A stretch of DNA of 64,000 bases from Synechococcales cyanobacterium VAR_4_metabat_354 (GTDB lineage: Bacteria > Cyanobacteriota > Cyanobacteriia > Cyanobacteriales > Chamaesiphonaceae): NCBI GenBank assembly GCA_031414775.1, contig JANOQI010000042.1:46574-110573 (forward strand), given 5' to 3'. The position numbers and the translations under genes are program-made. Below, one piece after another: positions 19,473-29,388 of the stretch; position 1 is the stretch's first letter, and every line of letters begins with the position of its first letter. The notes beneath the pieces are model-generated. The model saw only the letters and a program-made list of their open reading frames with translations. It ran no database searches and was not told the DNA's origin.

Positions 19473-20666
19473 CTAAGCTGATTCAGAGCGTTCATCGTCA
19501 AAGTTAAACATTTGAATCATCGCTCGGGCTTCGAGGGGTGACATATTGCTGATCGTAGATACCGGCTGGCGGGTGTCGGTAATTAGCCAATCGAGAGCTG
19601 CTGCTTGGAGATCGATCGTCTCACCATTTTTATCAACACAGTAACGACCAAAAACCAGTCGATCAGTTAAGCAAACTTCTTCACCAATCCGTGAATATTC
19701 AAAGACGACACTATTGTCAATCCGAGCACCAGCACAAATATGGCAGTTGCGACCAATCATTGCCGGACCAATGATGGTAGCCCCATCTTCAATTTTAGTC
19801 ATAGCTCCAATATAGACTGGACCTTGAATATTAATTTTGTCCCAGTTCGCGGACACGTTGATACCAGTGTAAATACCTGGCCGCACTTGATTACCAGGAA
19901 TTGGGACATTTTTTACTTCGCCTAATAAAACACTGCGGATGGCTTGCCAATAGTCTGGTACTTTGCCAATGTCCACCCACTGGAAGTCCATGGAAATACC
20001 GTAGAAAGGGGCACCCATTTCTACTAGTTTGGGGAAAAGCTGACTGCCAATATCATATTCTTCGTTGGCTGGAATGTAATTGAAAATTTCGGGTTCAAAG
20101 ATATAAATCCCGGTGTTGATATCGGTACTGAGGGCCTCCTCGATCGCAGGCTTTTCCTGAAAAGCTTTAATGCGTCCATCTTCGTCAGTGACGACTACGC
20201 CGTAGCTGGGAACTTCCGCCCTGGGAATTGACTTCATTACTACTGTGGCCAATGAGCCTTTCTCTCGGTGCCATTTGACCGCAGCCGTCAAGTCTAAGTC
20301 AATCAGAGCATCTCCGCAGAGCACGACAAAGGTATCGTCAAAAAATGGCGCAAATTCTTGAATGCGCTTCATGCCACCCGCTGAACCCATGGCCTTGCCG
20401 ACTAAATCCCCTTGCTCGCTAATCGAACCTTCAAAGGAGTAACCAATTTCTACGCCAAATCTCTGACCATCATGGAAATAGCTCTCAATTTCTTGAGCCA
20501 AATGGCTGACATTAACCATGATCTCATTGAATCCATGCTCTCGTAGCAAATCAACGAGAAACTCCATCACTGGCTTTTGCAGAATTGGGATGAGGGGCTT
20601 AGGGATCGTGTAAGTAATTGGTTGAACGCGAGTGCCCTTACCCGCAGCCAAAATCATAGCTTTCAT
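19473..20666 (-). CDS. cugP: Cyanobacterial UTP--glucose-1-phosphate uridylyltransferase (NDP-sugar synthase)
   Basis: MKAMILAAGKGTRV.PITYTIPKPLIPILQKPVMEFL, VVLCGDALID, FQEKP, left-handed beta-helix tail. Confidence 0.85.
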   Translation of the reverse strand: MKAMILAAGKGTRVQPITYTIPKPLIPILQKPVMEFLVDLLREHGFNEIMVNVSHLAQEIESYFHDGQRFGVEIGYSFEGSISEQGDLVGKAMGSAGGMKRIQEFAPFFDDTFVVLCGDALIDLDLTAAVKWHREKGSLATVVMKSIPRAEVPSYGVVVTDEDGRIKAFQEKPAIEEALSTDINTGIYIFEPEIFNYIPANEEYDIGSQLFPKLVEMGAPFYGISMDFQWVDIGKVPDYWQAIRSVLLGEVKNVPIPGNQVRPGIYTGINVSANWDKINIQGPVYIGAMTKIEDGATIIGPAMIGRNCHICAGARIDNSVVFEYSRIGEEVCLTDRLVFGRYCVDKNGETIDLQAAALDWLITDTRQPVSTISNMSPLEARAMIQMFNFDDERSESA

Positions 20667-21183
20667 AGAAGTAGGTTGCTTAGTTTTCCCGATGGGTCTA
20701 CTGTAACCTATTATTACTTATTCACAAAGTTATATATATTCAGTTTAAAAGATTGTGATACTTAAATACCAAATGATTTTAGTAGCTTGATTACACTTCG
20801 TTACACCAAAATGATATTGACTACGTAAGTTCTGGTAGTAGAGCATTTTTCGGATTTATCTTGTCTTTTCAATGATGTGGTGGAGGATGCATAAAAGTTT
20901 GATGTCCAATCAAAAAACTAAGGTATTCAAATACTTTGATTTAGAAAAATTAGTTGTAATTATTATTTCTATCTTGAGATTGTTGATTGAATCTTGATTC
21001 TATGAACTTAATTAGTTACATGATACTTTTAGTGAATTCTATAAATGCAGCTAACTGTATTACATTTTCTGTTGCTGAATTGTCGAAATTGAATTAGATT
21101 AGGCTCCTGCGAACCCGGTGAAGAGTGGCAAAGCTAAGGTAATCGAGCATAATGAACTATGACTGTCCAAAAAATTTTGACCA

Positions 21184-22038
21184 ATGAGTGCGGAAGCTGA
21201 AAAAAACGTTGAAACTATTGAAGATCAAAGCATCGAGCTTTGGCAGCCAGCGGTGGTCGCCGATCCGATCGATGACTTAACTGACCCCATCTATTCCGAT
21301 GAAGTTGTGGAGCTAGTTGATCCCGAGGAAGAGCTACCCAGCGAAGTGGAGATGACCTTCTTTGACCATCTAGAGGAGCTGCGTACCCGCATTTTCTATA
21401 TTTTGATGGCGGTGGTGGTTGGTGCGGCTGGATGCTTCACTGTGGTTAAACAGTTGGTGAGTCTGTTGGAAGTTCCGGCTCATGGGGTGAAATTCTTGCA
21501 GTTGACTCCGGGCGAATACTTCTTTGTTTCGATTAAGGTGGCTGGTTATGGTGGCATTTTAGCTGCTACTCCAGTGATTATTTATCAGATAATTCAATTT
21601 GTGTTGCCCGGTCTAACCCGTCGGGAGCGGCGACTGGTTTTGCCGGTGGTTTTAGGTTCGAGTGTGCTGTTTGTGGGTGGGTTGTTTTTTGCTTACTATT
21701 TGCTAATCCCGGCAGCTCTGAATTTTTTGGTTAGTTATGGCGCTGACGTGGTGGAGCAGTTGTGGTCGATCGAACGCTATTTTGAATTTATTCTGGTGTT
21801 ATTGCTGGCCACCGGATTATTGTTTCAATTACCAGTAGTGCAAATTTTGTTGGCTCTGTTGGGCATTGTCACCTCGGCTCAAATGCTCAAAAGTTGGCGG
21901 GCGGTGGTGATGGCCGCCCTGATTGTGGGAGCGGTCGTTACCCCTTCTACCGACCCGATCACCCAAAGCTTGTTAGCTGGCGCTGTCCTGGGTTTGTATT
22001 TTGGCGGCGTGGGCTGCGTCAAAATATTGGGTAAATAG
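21184..22038 (+). CDS. tatC: Twin-arginine translocase subunit C
   Basis: EMTFFDHLEELRTR, FVLPGL...E, FQLPV, AVVTPSTDP. Confidence 0.95.
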   Translation: MSAEAEKNVETIEDQSIELWQPAVVADPIDDLTDPIYSDEVVELVDPEEELPSEVEMTFFDHLEELRTRIFYILMAVVVGAAGCFTVVKQLVSLLEVPAHGVKFLQLTPGEYFFVSIKVAGYGGILAATPVIIYQIIQFVLPGLTRRERRLVLPVVLGSSVLFVGGLFFAYYLLIPAALNFLVSYGADVVEQLWSIERYFEFILVLLLATGLLFQLPVVQILLALLGIVTSAQMLKSWRAVVMAALIVGAVVTPSTDPITQSLLAGAVLGLYFGGVGCVKILGK

Positions 22039-22112
22039 ACATAATTGTTTCTTGGCTAGCTAAAACTGGGTATTAATAAAGCAACTGTCATCTTCCGGCT
22101 AATCTTTTAATA

Positions 22113-23819
22113 ATGCAAGTTTGGCAAAATAACCAAGAAATTAAAAATGGTAGGTTTCTGATCCAGAAGGTTTTAGGAGCTGGTGGATTTGGGATTACCT
22201 ACCTGGTGGTGGAGCAACAGACTCATAAACCATACGTCATTAAAACTCTTAATCATCTCCAACAAAATCGGGCAGACTTCATCGATCGACAAGAAAAATT
22301 CGTAAATGAAGCGCTGATTTTGAAAGAATGCCGACATCCCCATATTGTGCAGGTATATGAGCTGATCCAAGAAGATGGTTTGTGGGGGATTGTGATGGAG
22401 TATGTCGAGGGTGAAGAACTAGCCCACTATACCGACGAAAAAGGTCAGTTGGCCGAATCGGAAGCCTTGATCTATATCGATCAAATGAGTCAGGCTTTGG
22501 CTTATGTGCATCAACGGGGCTTTTTGCATCGAGATATCAAGCCCCACAATATTTTGCTTCACAAAAATACCCAGCAAGCGATATTAATTGACTTTGGGCT
22601 GGCGCGGGAGGTGGTATCTGGTCGTCAGGCCAGCATGACTAATTCTACTACTGCCGGTTATGCGCCGATCGAACAATATCATCAGTCTAGTCCGGCTGGT
22701 CCTTATTCGGATGTTTATGCTTTAGCCGCGACCCTCTATCACTTGTTGACGGCACAAGTGCCGATGCCCTCTACGTTTCGCAGTTATGCGCCCCTGCCGC
22801 CACCCCAGCATTTCAACTCCCAGATTAGCGATCGAGTAAATGCCGCGATTGTCCAGGCATTGCACCAAGAGCATCAGCACCGGCCCCAGACGATGGCTGA
22901 GTTTCGGGAGTGTTTGGGGCTAGCCGTGATCACCCCAGCTCTGGGTAGCGCCCCCCCATCCACTTTGAAGACTCCAGTCGTAGACAGTTTGGATGTGGCC
23001 AGTTGGCAGCAGACGTTGGTGGCGGCTAGCAATCAGGCTGGTTTGAACGTTGCCGCCCAGCCAGTGGCCACCTCCCGAAAAACCGTTTTGCGTTCGGGTA
23101 GTTTTTGGCGGGGTAAAAATGTAGAGCTAGAGATGCTGTACATTCCAGACGGTGAGTTTCTGATGGGTGCACCAAGTGATGAAGTGGGCAGCTTGGCCAG
23201 CGAGAGACCCCAGCATCGGGTGCAGATGCTATCTTTCCACATGAGTAAGTTCCCGATTACTCAGGAGCAATACTTGGCGGTGATAGGTAGAAATCCTGCC
23301 AAATTCATTGGTGAGCGCCGCCCGGTAGAAAGAGTTTCCTGGCATGATGCGACCGAGTTTTGCGAGCGCCTATCCAGCCAATCTGATCGGTTATATCGAT
23401 TGCCCACCGAAGCGGAGTGGGAATATGCCTGTCGTGCTCAAACGACTACCGTCTTTTCCTGCGGCAAAAGTATTTATGCCAATTTGGCTAACTATAATCA
23501 CAGCAACCATACCGGTAAGTTTGAATCCAATTTGGTGCGGCGAAAAACTAGTGCCGTCGATATTTTTCCGGCTAATAACTTTGGATTACATGATCTGCAT
23601 GGCAATGTTTGGGAATGGTGTGCCGATAATTATCATGCTAATTATGAGGGCGCGCCTGCAGATGGCGATGTTTGGTCAGCAGAGATCGAGCGAGAGCGTC
23701 GGATGCTCCGAGGCGGAGCGTGGGGGTGTCGTGCCCAGGAATGTCGATCGGCTGCTCGGCATTGGGAATTAGCCGTGAATCGCAGTAACAAAATTGGTTT
23801 CCGAGTGGTATGTAATTAA
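22113..23819 (+). CDS. Ser/Thr kinase fused to an FGE-sulfatase (SUMF1) domain
   Basis: GAGGFG, HRDIKPHN, DFG; C-terminal RLPTEAEWEYACRA, DLHGNVWEW, RGGAW, IGFRVV. Confidence 0.92.
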   Translation: MQVWQNNQEIKNGRFLIQKVLGAGGFGITYLVVEQQTHKPYVIKTLNHLQQNRADFIDRQEKFVNEALILKECRHPHIVQVYELIQEDGLWGIVMEYVEGEELAHYTDEKGQLAESEALIYIDQMSQALAYVHQRGFLHRDIKPHNILLHKNTQQAILIDFGLAREVVSGRQASMTNSTTAGYAPIEQYHQSSPAGPYSDVYALAATLYHLLTAQVPMPSTFRSYAPLPPPQHFNSQISDRVNAAIVQALHQEHQHRPQTMAEFRECLGLAVITPALGSAPPSTLKTPVVDSLDVASWQQTLVAASNQAGLNVAAQPVATSRKTVLRSGSFWRGKNVELEMLYIPDGEFLMGAPSDEVGSLASERPQHRVQMLSFHMSKFPITQEQYLAVIGRNPAKFIGERRPVERVSWHDATEFCERLSSQSDRLYRLPTEAEWEYACRAQTTTVFSCGKSIYANLANYNHSNHTGKFESNLVRRKTSAVDIFPANNFGLHDLHGNVWEWCADNYHANYEGAPADGDVWSAEIERERRMLRGGAWGCRAQECRSAARHWELAVNRSNKIGFRVVCN

Positions 23820-23831
23820 AGAGTCCAGACT

Positions 23832-25145
23832 ATGACAGCCACAGTTTCTCTGGTTATTACTCAAGGTAAGTTGAGCGGTAAGCGCTATATTTATGACGCT
23901 CCGGCCACTTGTATTATTGGTCGGCAGGCAGACTGCGACATCCGTTTACCCAGTGATGCTGATCATGCTCAAGTTTCTCGCTATCACTGTTCGCTAAATA
24001 TCAATCCACCTCATATCCAAGTATCAGACTTGGGTAGTGGTAATGGCACCTTCGTCAATGGCCAAAAAATTGGGCAACTAGCTCCGACGGCCTCGGTCGA
24101 TCATCTCAGTGGATATGAGCTGAAGCATGGCGATCGACTTCAGCTGGGCTACACAGTTTTTACGGTAGCCATTGAGAGCGACTTAGCTGCGGCTGCTAGC
24201 GAGTCAGCACCGCTACCAGCGATCAGTCATCACCATCTTGGCAGTATTCCGGGCTATCAAGTGCTGAAGCCTTTGGGCAATGGTAAATGTGGGGCTGTCT
24301 ATTTGGCACAGCAAGAGCAAACTGGTGAGCTAGTGGCTCTGAAGGTGATGCCGCCCCAAGCCGCCGTGAACGAGCGGGCGGTGAAAATGTTCATCCGCGA
24401 AATGTCTAATACCAAAGCCCTCAATCATCCCAATGTGGTGAAGCTGTTGGACTATGGCGAAATTAAGGGACTGTTATTTTTTACGATGGAATGCTGCCAT
24501 GAGGGGAACGTGGCCGACTTTATCACTAACCAGGGTGGCAAACTACCGCTGAAGATCGCAGTCTCCATTACGCTCCAGATTCTGTCGGGGCTAGACTATA
24601 CCCACAACGCCGTCTTACCGGCAGTGCGCCTATCCGATGGCTCGATCGGGGAGGGGCAGGGATTGGTGCATCGCGATTTGAAGCCTGCCAATATTTTTCT
24701 CAGTCGCGCTGGCAAAAAAACTGTAGCTAAATTAGGAGATTACGGATTATCTAAAGCTTTTGAGTTGGCTGGTTTGAGTGGTCATACGGTGACTGGTCAG
24801 CCTGGGGCGATGGGTACCCCTGGCTTTATGTGCCGCCAGCAACTCTTGAATACCAAATATGTACAACCTGCTGTGGATGTGTGGGCAGCGGCGGCCTGTT
24901 TGTATACGATGCTAACGGGCGAGTCACCGCGCCGCTTTGGTGGTGGTGATTCGCCCTTGCGAGTTATTTTGCAAGAGCCAGCTGTGCCGATTTTAGAAAG
25001 AGACCCTACATTGCCACCGGCTTTAGCAGCGGTGATCGATCGAGCTTTGTGGGAAGACCCCGATCATCACAATGAAATTTTCTATAAACGAGCGATCGAT
25101 TTCCGACAAGCTTTATTGGAAGCAGCCGCCGTACTTGTTACTTAA
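23832..25145 (+). CDS. FHA-domain Ser/Thr kinase
   Basis: FHA motifs IGR...VSRYHC...S.NGTFVNG; kinase HRDLKPAN, DYG, GTPGFM. Confidence 0.9.
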   Translation: MTATVSLVITQGKLSGKRYIYDAPATCIIGRQADCDIRLPSDADHAQVSRYHCSLNINPPHIQVSDLGSGNGTFVNGQKIGQLAPTASVDHLSGYELKHGDRLQLGYTVFTVAIESDLAAAASESAPLPAISHHHLGSIPGYQVLKPLGNGKCGAVYLAQQEQTGELVALKVMPPQAAVNERAVKMFIREMSNTKALNHPNVVKLLDYGEIKGLLFFTMECCHEGNVADFITNQGGKLPLKIAVSITLQILSGLDYTHNAVLPAVRLSDGSIGEGQGLVHRDLKPANIFLSRAGKKTVAKLGDYGLSKAFELAGLSGHTVTGQPGAMGTPGFMCRQQLLNTKYVQPAVDVWAAAACLYTMLTGESPRRFGGGDSPLRVILQEPAVPILERDPTLPPALAAVIDRALWEDPDHHNEIFYKRAIDFRQALLEAAAVLVT

Positions 25146-25338
25146 TGCTAATTCGAGTGAAGGCGGAACCGGAATAGGCAACCATCACGGCACTTAGCTG
25201 CACGCCAGAGGCTCACCTTACTGAGCCTCTCTGATTATTACATGCACTTAGTTGTAGATAGTCCGAGGTTTTGTCTCTTTTCATGAGACGGCGTGGCCTT
25301 AGTAGCTTGGGTTTCATCGAGAAAACAATAGGTAAATC

Positions 25339-25509
25339 ATGAAAACACATCGAAAAAATAGACACCGTTACTACGTACTTAAAGTACTGGAATTGACACT
25401 CCGCATAGTATTAGTGCTGATCAGCCAACCGACAATTACCCCTAACACTTCAAGAAGCTCATTTGGTATGCAGATGGAAACTGCTTTAGAGTTTGCCATG
25501 ACAGTGTAA
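25339..25509 (+). CDS. Putative 56-aa basic/hydrophobic peptide (not in ORF track)
   Basis: ATG 25339 to TAA 25509: MKTHRKNRHRYYVLKVLELTLRIVLVLISQPTITPNTSRSSFGMQMETALEFAMTV; AGGT upstream; stop lies 7 nt from the rep stop. Confidence 0.45.
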   Translation: MKTHRKNRHRYYVLKVLELTLRIVLVLISQPTITPNTSRSSFGMQMETALEFAMTV

Positions 25510-25516
25510 GACAATC

Positions 25517-26440
25517 TTATTCAACTATCTGGTATTTCTTTGTTCTAGGTTTCCACCCAAAAAACAACCGACCAAAATCCTCAACTGTTTCATCTCCATC
25601 AGTGCCAATCAAATCCTCTGGCTCCTCCTCCAGCTCCCGGAGATAATGCTTCAAAACTCCACCAGTGGCAATCGCTCGCATGTTATGGAGTTGGGTGGTC
25701 AGTTCTAGGAACCACTCCCGATTAGCCACCATATCGCTTTCCTTCGTACAATACTTCAATAGCTCTGGCACTAAAATTGCAGGGTTGCTATCTTTTCTAA
25801 TGGCCTGGACATCAATAATCGGGCTATAGTCCACCCGCAGTGATTCCTGCCACAACTCCACCCACTTAGACTGTTTTATATATCCATGTGTAAAGTAGCT
25901 AGACGGAACCATGAGTAGGCAATGAAAGTGGGGGTGCGCATTCCCATCCTTACCCCTAGTTACTTCGGTCGATCGAAGCCAGCCAATCGCAGGAAAAGCT
26001 TTTCTCTCGACCAGGCGCTTAAAGCTCTTATTCATCTCAGTTAGAGTGCGCCGCAATTCTGAAATTGGCACATTCTTCTGTGTAAACGTCACAAATAACC
26101 ACCGATGAGATGGGTATTTTTCAACTATTTTCGGTAGAACCTGATAAGCTTTTGCCTTCCACTTTAGCGATCGTCGCCATTGACACACGGGACAGTGCCT
26201 CACTCTACAAAATCTACTATTCCTGAGCTTCAGCTTTAAGGTATCATCGTCGGCTGGATGTATCCCAAATTCTAATAATTGGCTACAAAAGCTAATCCTC
26301 TCGGAGTAACGCTCAAACTTAGACCCTGCATAGTGAGACTGTACAGTATCAGCAAACGCCCGATGCTTTTCCCACGGCTTATCCCGGGGCGAAATCTCAG
26401 ATAGTAATAATTTTGTACTATTGGAGCTGCTAGTACTCAC
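25517..26440 (-). CDS. rep: Rolling-circle replication initiator (Rep_1 / pC194-type HUH endonuclease)
   Basis: Zn-finger FCRVRHCPVCQWRR, motif I FVTFT, HUH HPHFHCLL, catalytic Tyr in KYCTK; GTG start 5 nt after the upstream gene stop. Confidence 0.9.
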   Translation of the reverse strand: MSTSSSNSTKLLLSEISPRDKPWEKHRAFADTVQSHYAGSKFERYSERISFCSQLLEFGIHPADDDTLKLKLRNSRFCRVRHCPVCQWRRSLKWKAKAYQVLPKIVEKYPSHRWLFVTFTQKNVPISELRRTLTEMNKSFKRLVERKAFPAIGWLRSTEVTRGKDGNAHPHFHCLLMVPSSYFTHGYIKQSKWVELWQESLRVDYSPIIDVQAIRKDSNPAILVPELLKYCTKESDMVANREWFLELTTQLHNMRAIATGGVLKHYLRELEEEPEDLIGTDGDETVEDFGRLFFGWKPRTKKYQIVE

Positions 26441-26445
26441 GTTAA

Positions 26446-28062
26446 TTACTTCAGGCCATAGGGACGGGGATAGGGTTTGAGCATTGGTCTGGCTTCATAG
26501 ACCTGCCAGATTTGGGTGACAATGCCGCCACGATGCAGGGGAATGGTCGCGACTTTCTTAATCTCCTGAAAATATTTGCCCAAGGGTTCATAACCAGGTG
26601 TTTGGTGGTTGAGAGGACCTTTAATATCAGCGGTGACTTCAAAGGTTTCGGTGCCGATATAGACAGCGCTTTTGCCGACCCAATCACTGGGTTTTGACCA
26701 GTAGGCAAAGCCGCGCAAATCAATATCAAAGCAAGTAAGGGGTTTGGTGGTGATGGAATGCAGTGCCATGGCTAGTTGTCCGGTGGGGAAATAGCGATTA
26801 GTGAAAATAAAATCACTGCGATCGATCGCCTGCATCACCAACGTCGAGTTTTTCAAAGCCTGTTGCAGTTCATCCACATCAATCATTTGAATGGAGTTGT
26901 CCTGTTTGAGGGTCAGTAAGCCGCCCGCGATCGCGTTCTGGCTAGGTTTTTGGAAGGTACCCCAGGCAATGTGCGAGAGGGCAATCACAAACAGTATCTG
27001 AATAATGACCCCGGAGATCTTCAGCCAATTCCAGAAGCGGTCTGGATACTTGTGCCGCCATTGATTCGCCCATTCTGCTAATAGCATGGTAGCCGTCATG
27101 TATGCGGCCATGGGCCAACTGGGTAAGACCTGTTGATAGCCAGCAATAATCATAAATCCCAAAATAATCGGCACTGACATCCACAGCACAAAGCGCTGAC
27201 GAAGATCGGTACCCCGATGCTGCACCTGATTGACGATGGCACGACCGATCGACCACACCAGCGGCGGCCCAAAAGCTGGAAACAAGTACACCATATGGAC
27301 TAGAAAGGTGACAAAGAAAGTTTCCCAGTTATAGCTGGCGTTGGGAACAGCCCGGCTGGATTGAAACCGGAAGGAAGCCCATTCATGGATCGAGTTCCAG
27401 TACAGCAATGGTGAAATAGTGCCCACAAATAGGATGACCGAGAGGACGATCCAGGGTGAAGATAATACTCGCCGATGCTTAGAGCTAGTCAGGCAAAAGC
27501 CCACCAGGCAAGCCCCTAGCAAAAAACCATGATATTTACCCAGACAAGCCAAGCCCAGCAATAGGCCAATTAGGGCTACGCGATAAGTTGGCCGGTAGGT
27601 TTCCCGCCCAAAAAACTCGACGGTGGCTAACCACAAGGTGGCCATCCAAAAGAACAGCAACGGCGTATCAGGCATGTTCAAGATGCCAAAGGCGATGCTA
27701 AAAACGGGTACTAGTGAAACAATACCCAGGGTGAGCAGCGCAACTTGTCGATCGAACAACCGAGCAGCGGTTTTATAAAGAAAAATCAAAGAGCCGGTAT
27801 AGATCAGTAGAGTGGCAATCCGGACGGTAAAAGGATTAACTGCCTTGGTTAGCCAAGGGCCAAAGCCCGTAGTGAAAGCTACCAGCAGCGGATGGTCAAA
27901 GTAGCTCCAGTCTAAGTGCTGAGAATAGATATAGTAATAGGCTTCATCAAATCCGATCGGTAGCCAGATGGCGACGATTGCGCGGGCTAGCAAACCCGCT
28001 GCCAAAGTACCGACTACCCAGCGATGATGTTCATCGTTCAACCATTTAGCAGGATTTAACAT
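26446..28062 (-). CDS. Glycosyltransferase family 39/83 (ArnT/PMT-like membrane GT-C)
   Basis: DEAYY...LDWSYFDHPLL, PDTPL, KY, many TM helices; start set at ATG 28062. Confidence 0.85.
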   Translation of the reverse strand: MLNPAKWLNDEHHRWVVGTLAAGLLARAIVAIWLPIGFDEAYYYIYSQHLDWSYFDHPLLVAFTTGFGPWLTKAVNPFTVRIATLLIYTGSLIFLYKTAARLFDRQVALLTLGIVSLVPVFSIAFGILNMPDTPLLFFWMATLWLATVEFFGRETYRPTYRVALIGLLLGLACLGKYHGFLLGACLVGFCLTSSKHRRVLSSPWIVLSVILFVGTISPLLYWNSIHEWASFRFQSSRAVPNASYNWETFFVTFLVHMVYLFPAFGPPLVWSIGRAIVNQVQHRGTDLRQRFVLWMSVPIILGFMIIAGYQQVLPSWPMAAYMTATMLLAEWANQWRHKYPDRFWNWLKISGVIIQILFVIALSHIAWGTFQKPSQNAIAGGLLTLKQDNSIQMIDVDELQQALKNSTLVMQAIDRSDFIFTNRYFPTGQLAMALHSITTKPLTCFDIDLRGFAYWSKPSDWVGKSAVYIGTETFEVTADIKGPLNHQTPGYEPLGKYFQEIKKVATIPLHRGGIVTQIWQVYEARPMLKPYPRPYGLK

Positions 28063-28169
28063 TGGCCAGAATCCCAACGAAGTGATTACAGAAGTCTTCA
28101 ATATTCTAAGAGGCGGTGGGTATTTTGAAAAAGTAAGCATCAATTGCTCCCCGCTCCCCGGAAAACGCT

Positions 28170-29297
28170 GTGGTTAATCACTGGATAAATTGGCTAGAAC
28201 AAAAATGGGTGGCCCCTGCCTATGCGGGTGGGGTGCTGATGGCGGTCTCGATTTGCTTTTTCGGGGCGGCCACTAATACTATGACCGGCTGGTTATATGT
28301 ACTGAGTGCGGTGGGTATAGTATTGCTGATTCTCGCTGCTATCTTACCCATTAAATCTTTGCAGGCATTATCGATCGAACATTTGCCGATTTTCCCTATT
28401 ACCCAGGGCGAAGATTTACAAATTTCCCTGCGGTTGCATAATCGCAGTAAACAGCCGCAGCGGTTACTTCAGGTGTTCGATCGAACACCGGCCAGTTGGG
28501 GCGAAATTAAACCCCTAGCGATCGAGCAAGTGCCCGCCCAAGGCAGCTATACCACCACCGTCACCTATACTCCACCCCAACGCGGCATCTACAGCTGGGA
28601 CAAAATAGAACTGCGCAGTGGTCAGCCTCTGGGCTTGTTCTGGTGTCGGCGGGTGCGCCGTTCGCCAGCGCAGGTCTCTGTGTATCCGGCTTACCTGCGC
28701 CTGTCTCACTGTCCGCTGATCGATCATTGGCAGCAGTCGGTACCAGCTAGTACCGAAACATCCTTAAATCGACCGCAGCTATCCACCATGGGTATCACCC
28801 GCAGTCTTCGTCCTTACCGCACTGGCGACCCTCTGCGGCTCATTCACTGGCGATCGAGTGCCCGTTACGATCGGTTTCAGGTGCGCGAACTAGAAATAGC
28901 CAATCATGCTCATACCATTACGATTTGTTTAAATGCCAGCAGTGATTGGCTAGCCGCTGATTTTGAGCAAGCGGTGATTGCTACTTGTTCGCTGTACTAT
29001 TACGCCCGCCAGCGCCAACTAGATGTGCAGCTCTGGACTTCCAGTCACGGTGTCCTGACCAGCCAGCTCGCTGTGCTGCAAGCCTTGGCTGCCATCCAAG
29101 TGACCACCATGAGTGTGGCACCACCAGATGGAGCCGTCCTGTGGATCAGTAATCAGGGTGAAACCAAGCTGGCGGCGGGGAGTCGTTCTCTACTTTGGAC
29201 ATCCGCAAGGGGGCTAGGTCTTCATCCGGGTGTCAGTGTTGATGCTAATCAACCGTTATTTCCACAACTGCAAAAATCCGTTAACACCTTTGGGTAA
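28170..29297 (+). CDS. DUF58 domain protein
   Basis: LRPYRTGDPLRLIHWRSSAR...VRELE. Confidence 0.88.
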   Translation: MVNHWINWLEQKWVAPAYAGGVLMAVSICFFGAATNTMTGWLYVLSAVGIVLLILAAILPIKSLQALSIEHLPIFPITQGEDLQISLRLHNRSKQPQRLLQVFDRTPASWGEIKPLAIEQVPAQGSYTTTVTYTPPQRGIYSWDKIELRSGQPLGLFWCRRVRRSPAQVSVYPAYLRLSHCPLIDHWQQSVPASTETSLNRPQLSTMGITRSLRPYRTGDPLRLIHWRSSARYDRFQVRELEIANHAHTITICLNASSDWLAADFEQAVIATCSLYYYARQRQLDVQLWTSSHGVLTSQLAVLQALAAIQVTTMSVAPPDGAVLWISNQGETKLAAGSRSLLWTSARGLGLHPGVSVDANQPLFPQLQKSVNTFG

Positions 29298-29388
29298 GGC
29301 GGTCAGCCACTGGTTGAACATCGAACTAGGCATTGATTAAGCGAGCTTTGCGCTAAAATGCTAAAGCACCTGATTTGTAGTAGCAACC

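Larger units (their letters stand above)
25146..26445. mobile_element. Integrated remnant of a rolling-circle replicon (rep, small ORF, structured region); boundaries approximate
   Basis: Plasmid-type rep fills the gap between two convergent chromosomal genes; no integrase or transposase in the segment. Confidence 0.55.

Noticed and set aside
25398..25425. ACTCCGCATAG resembling a XerC arm of a dif site near rep
   Set aside because: No TTATGTTAAAT-like XerD arm at the right spacing
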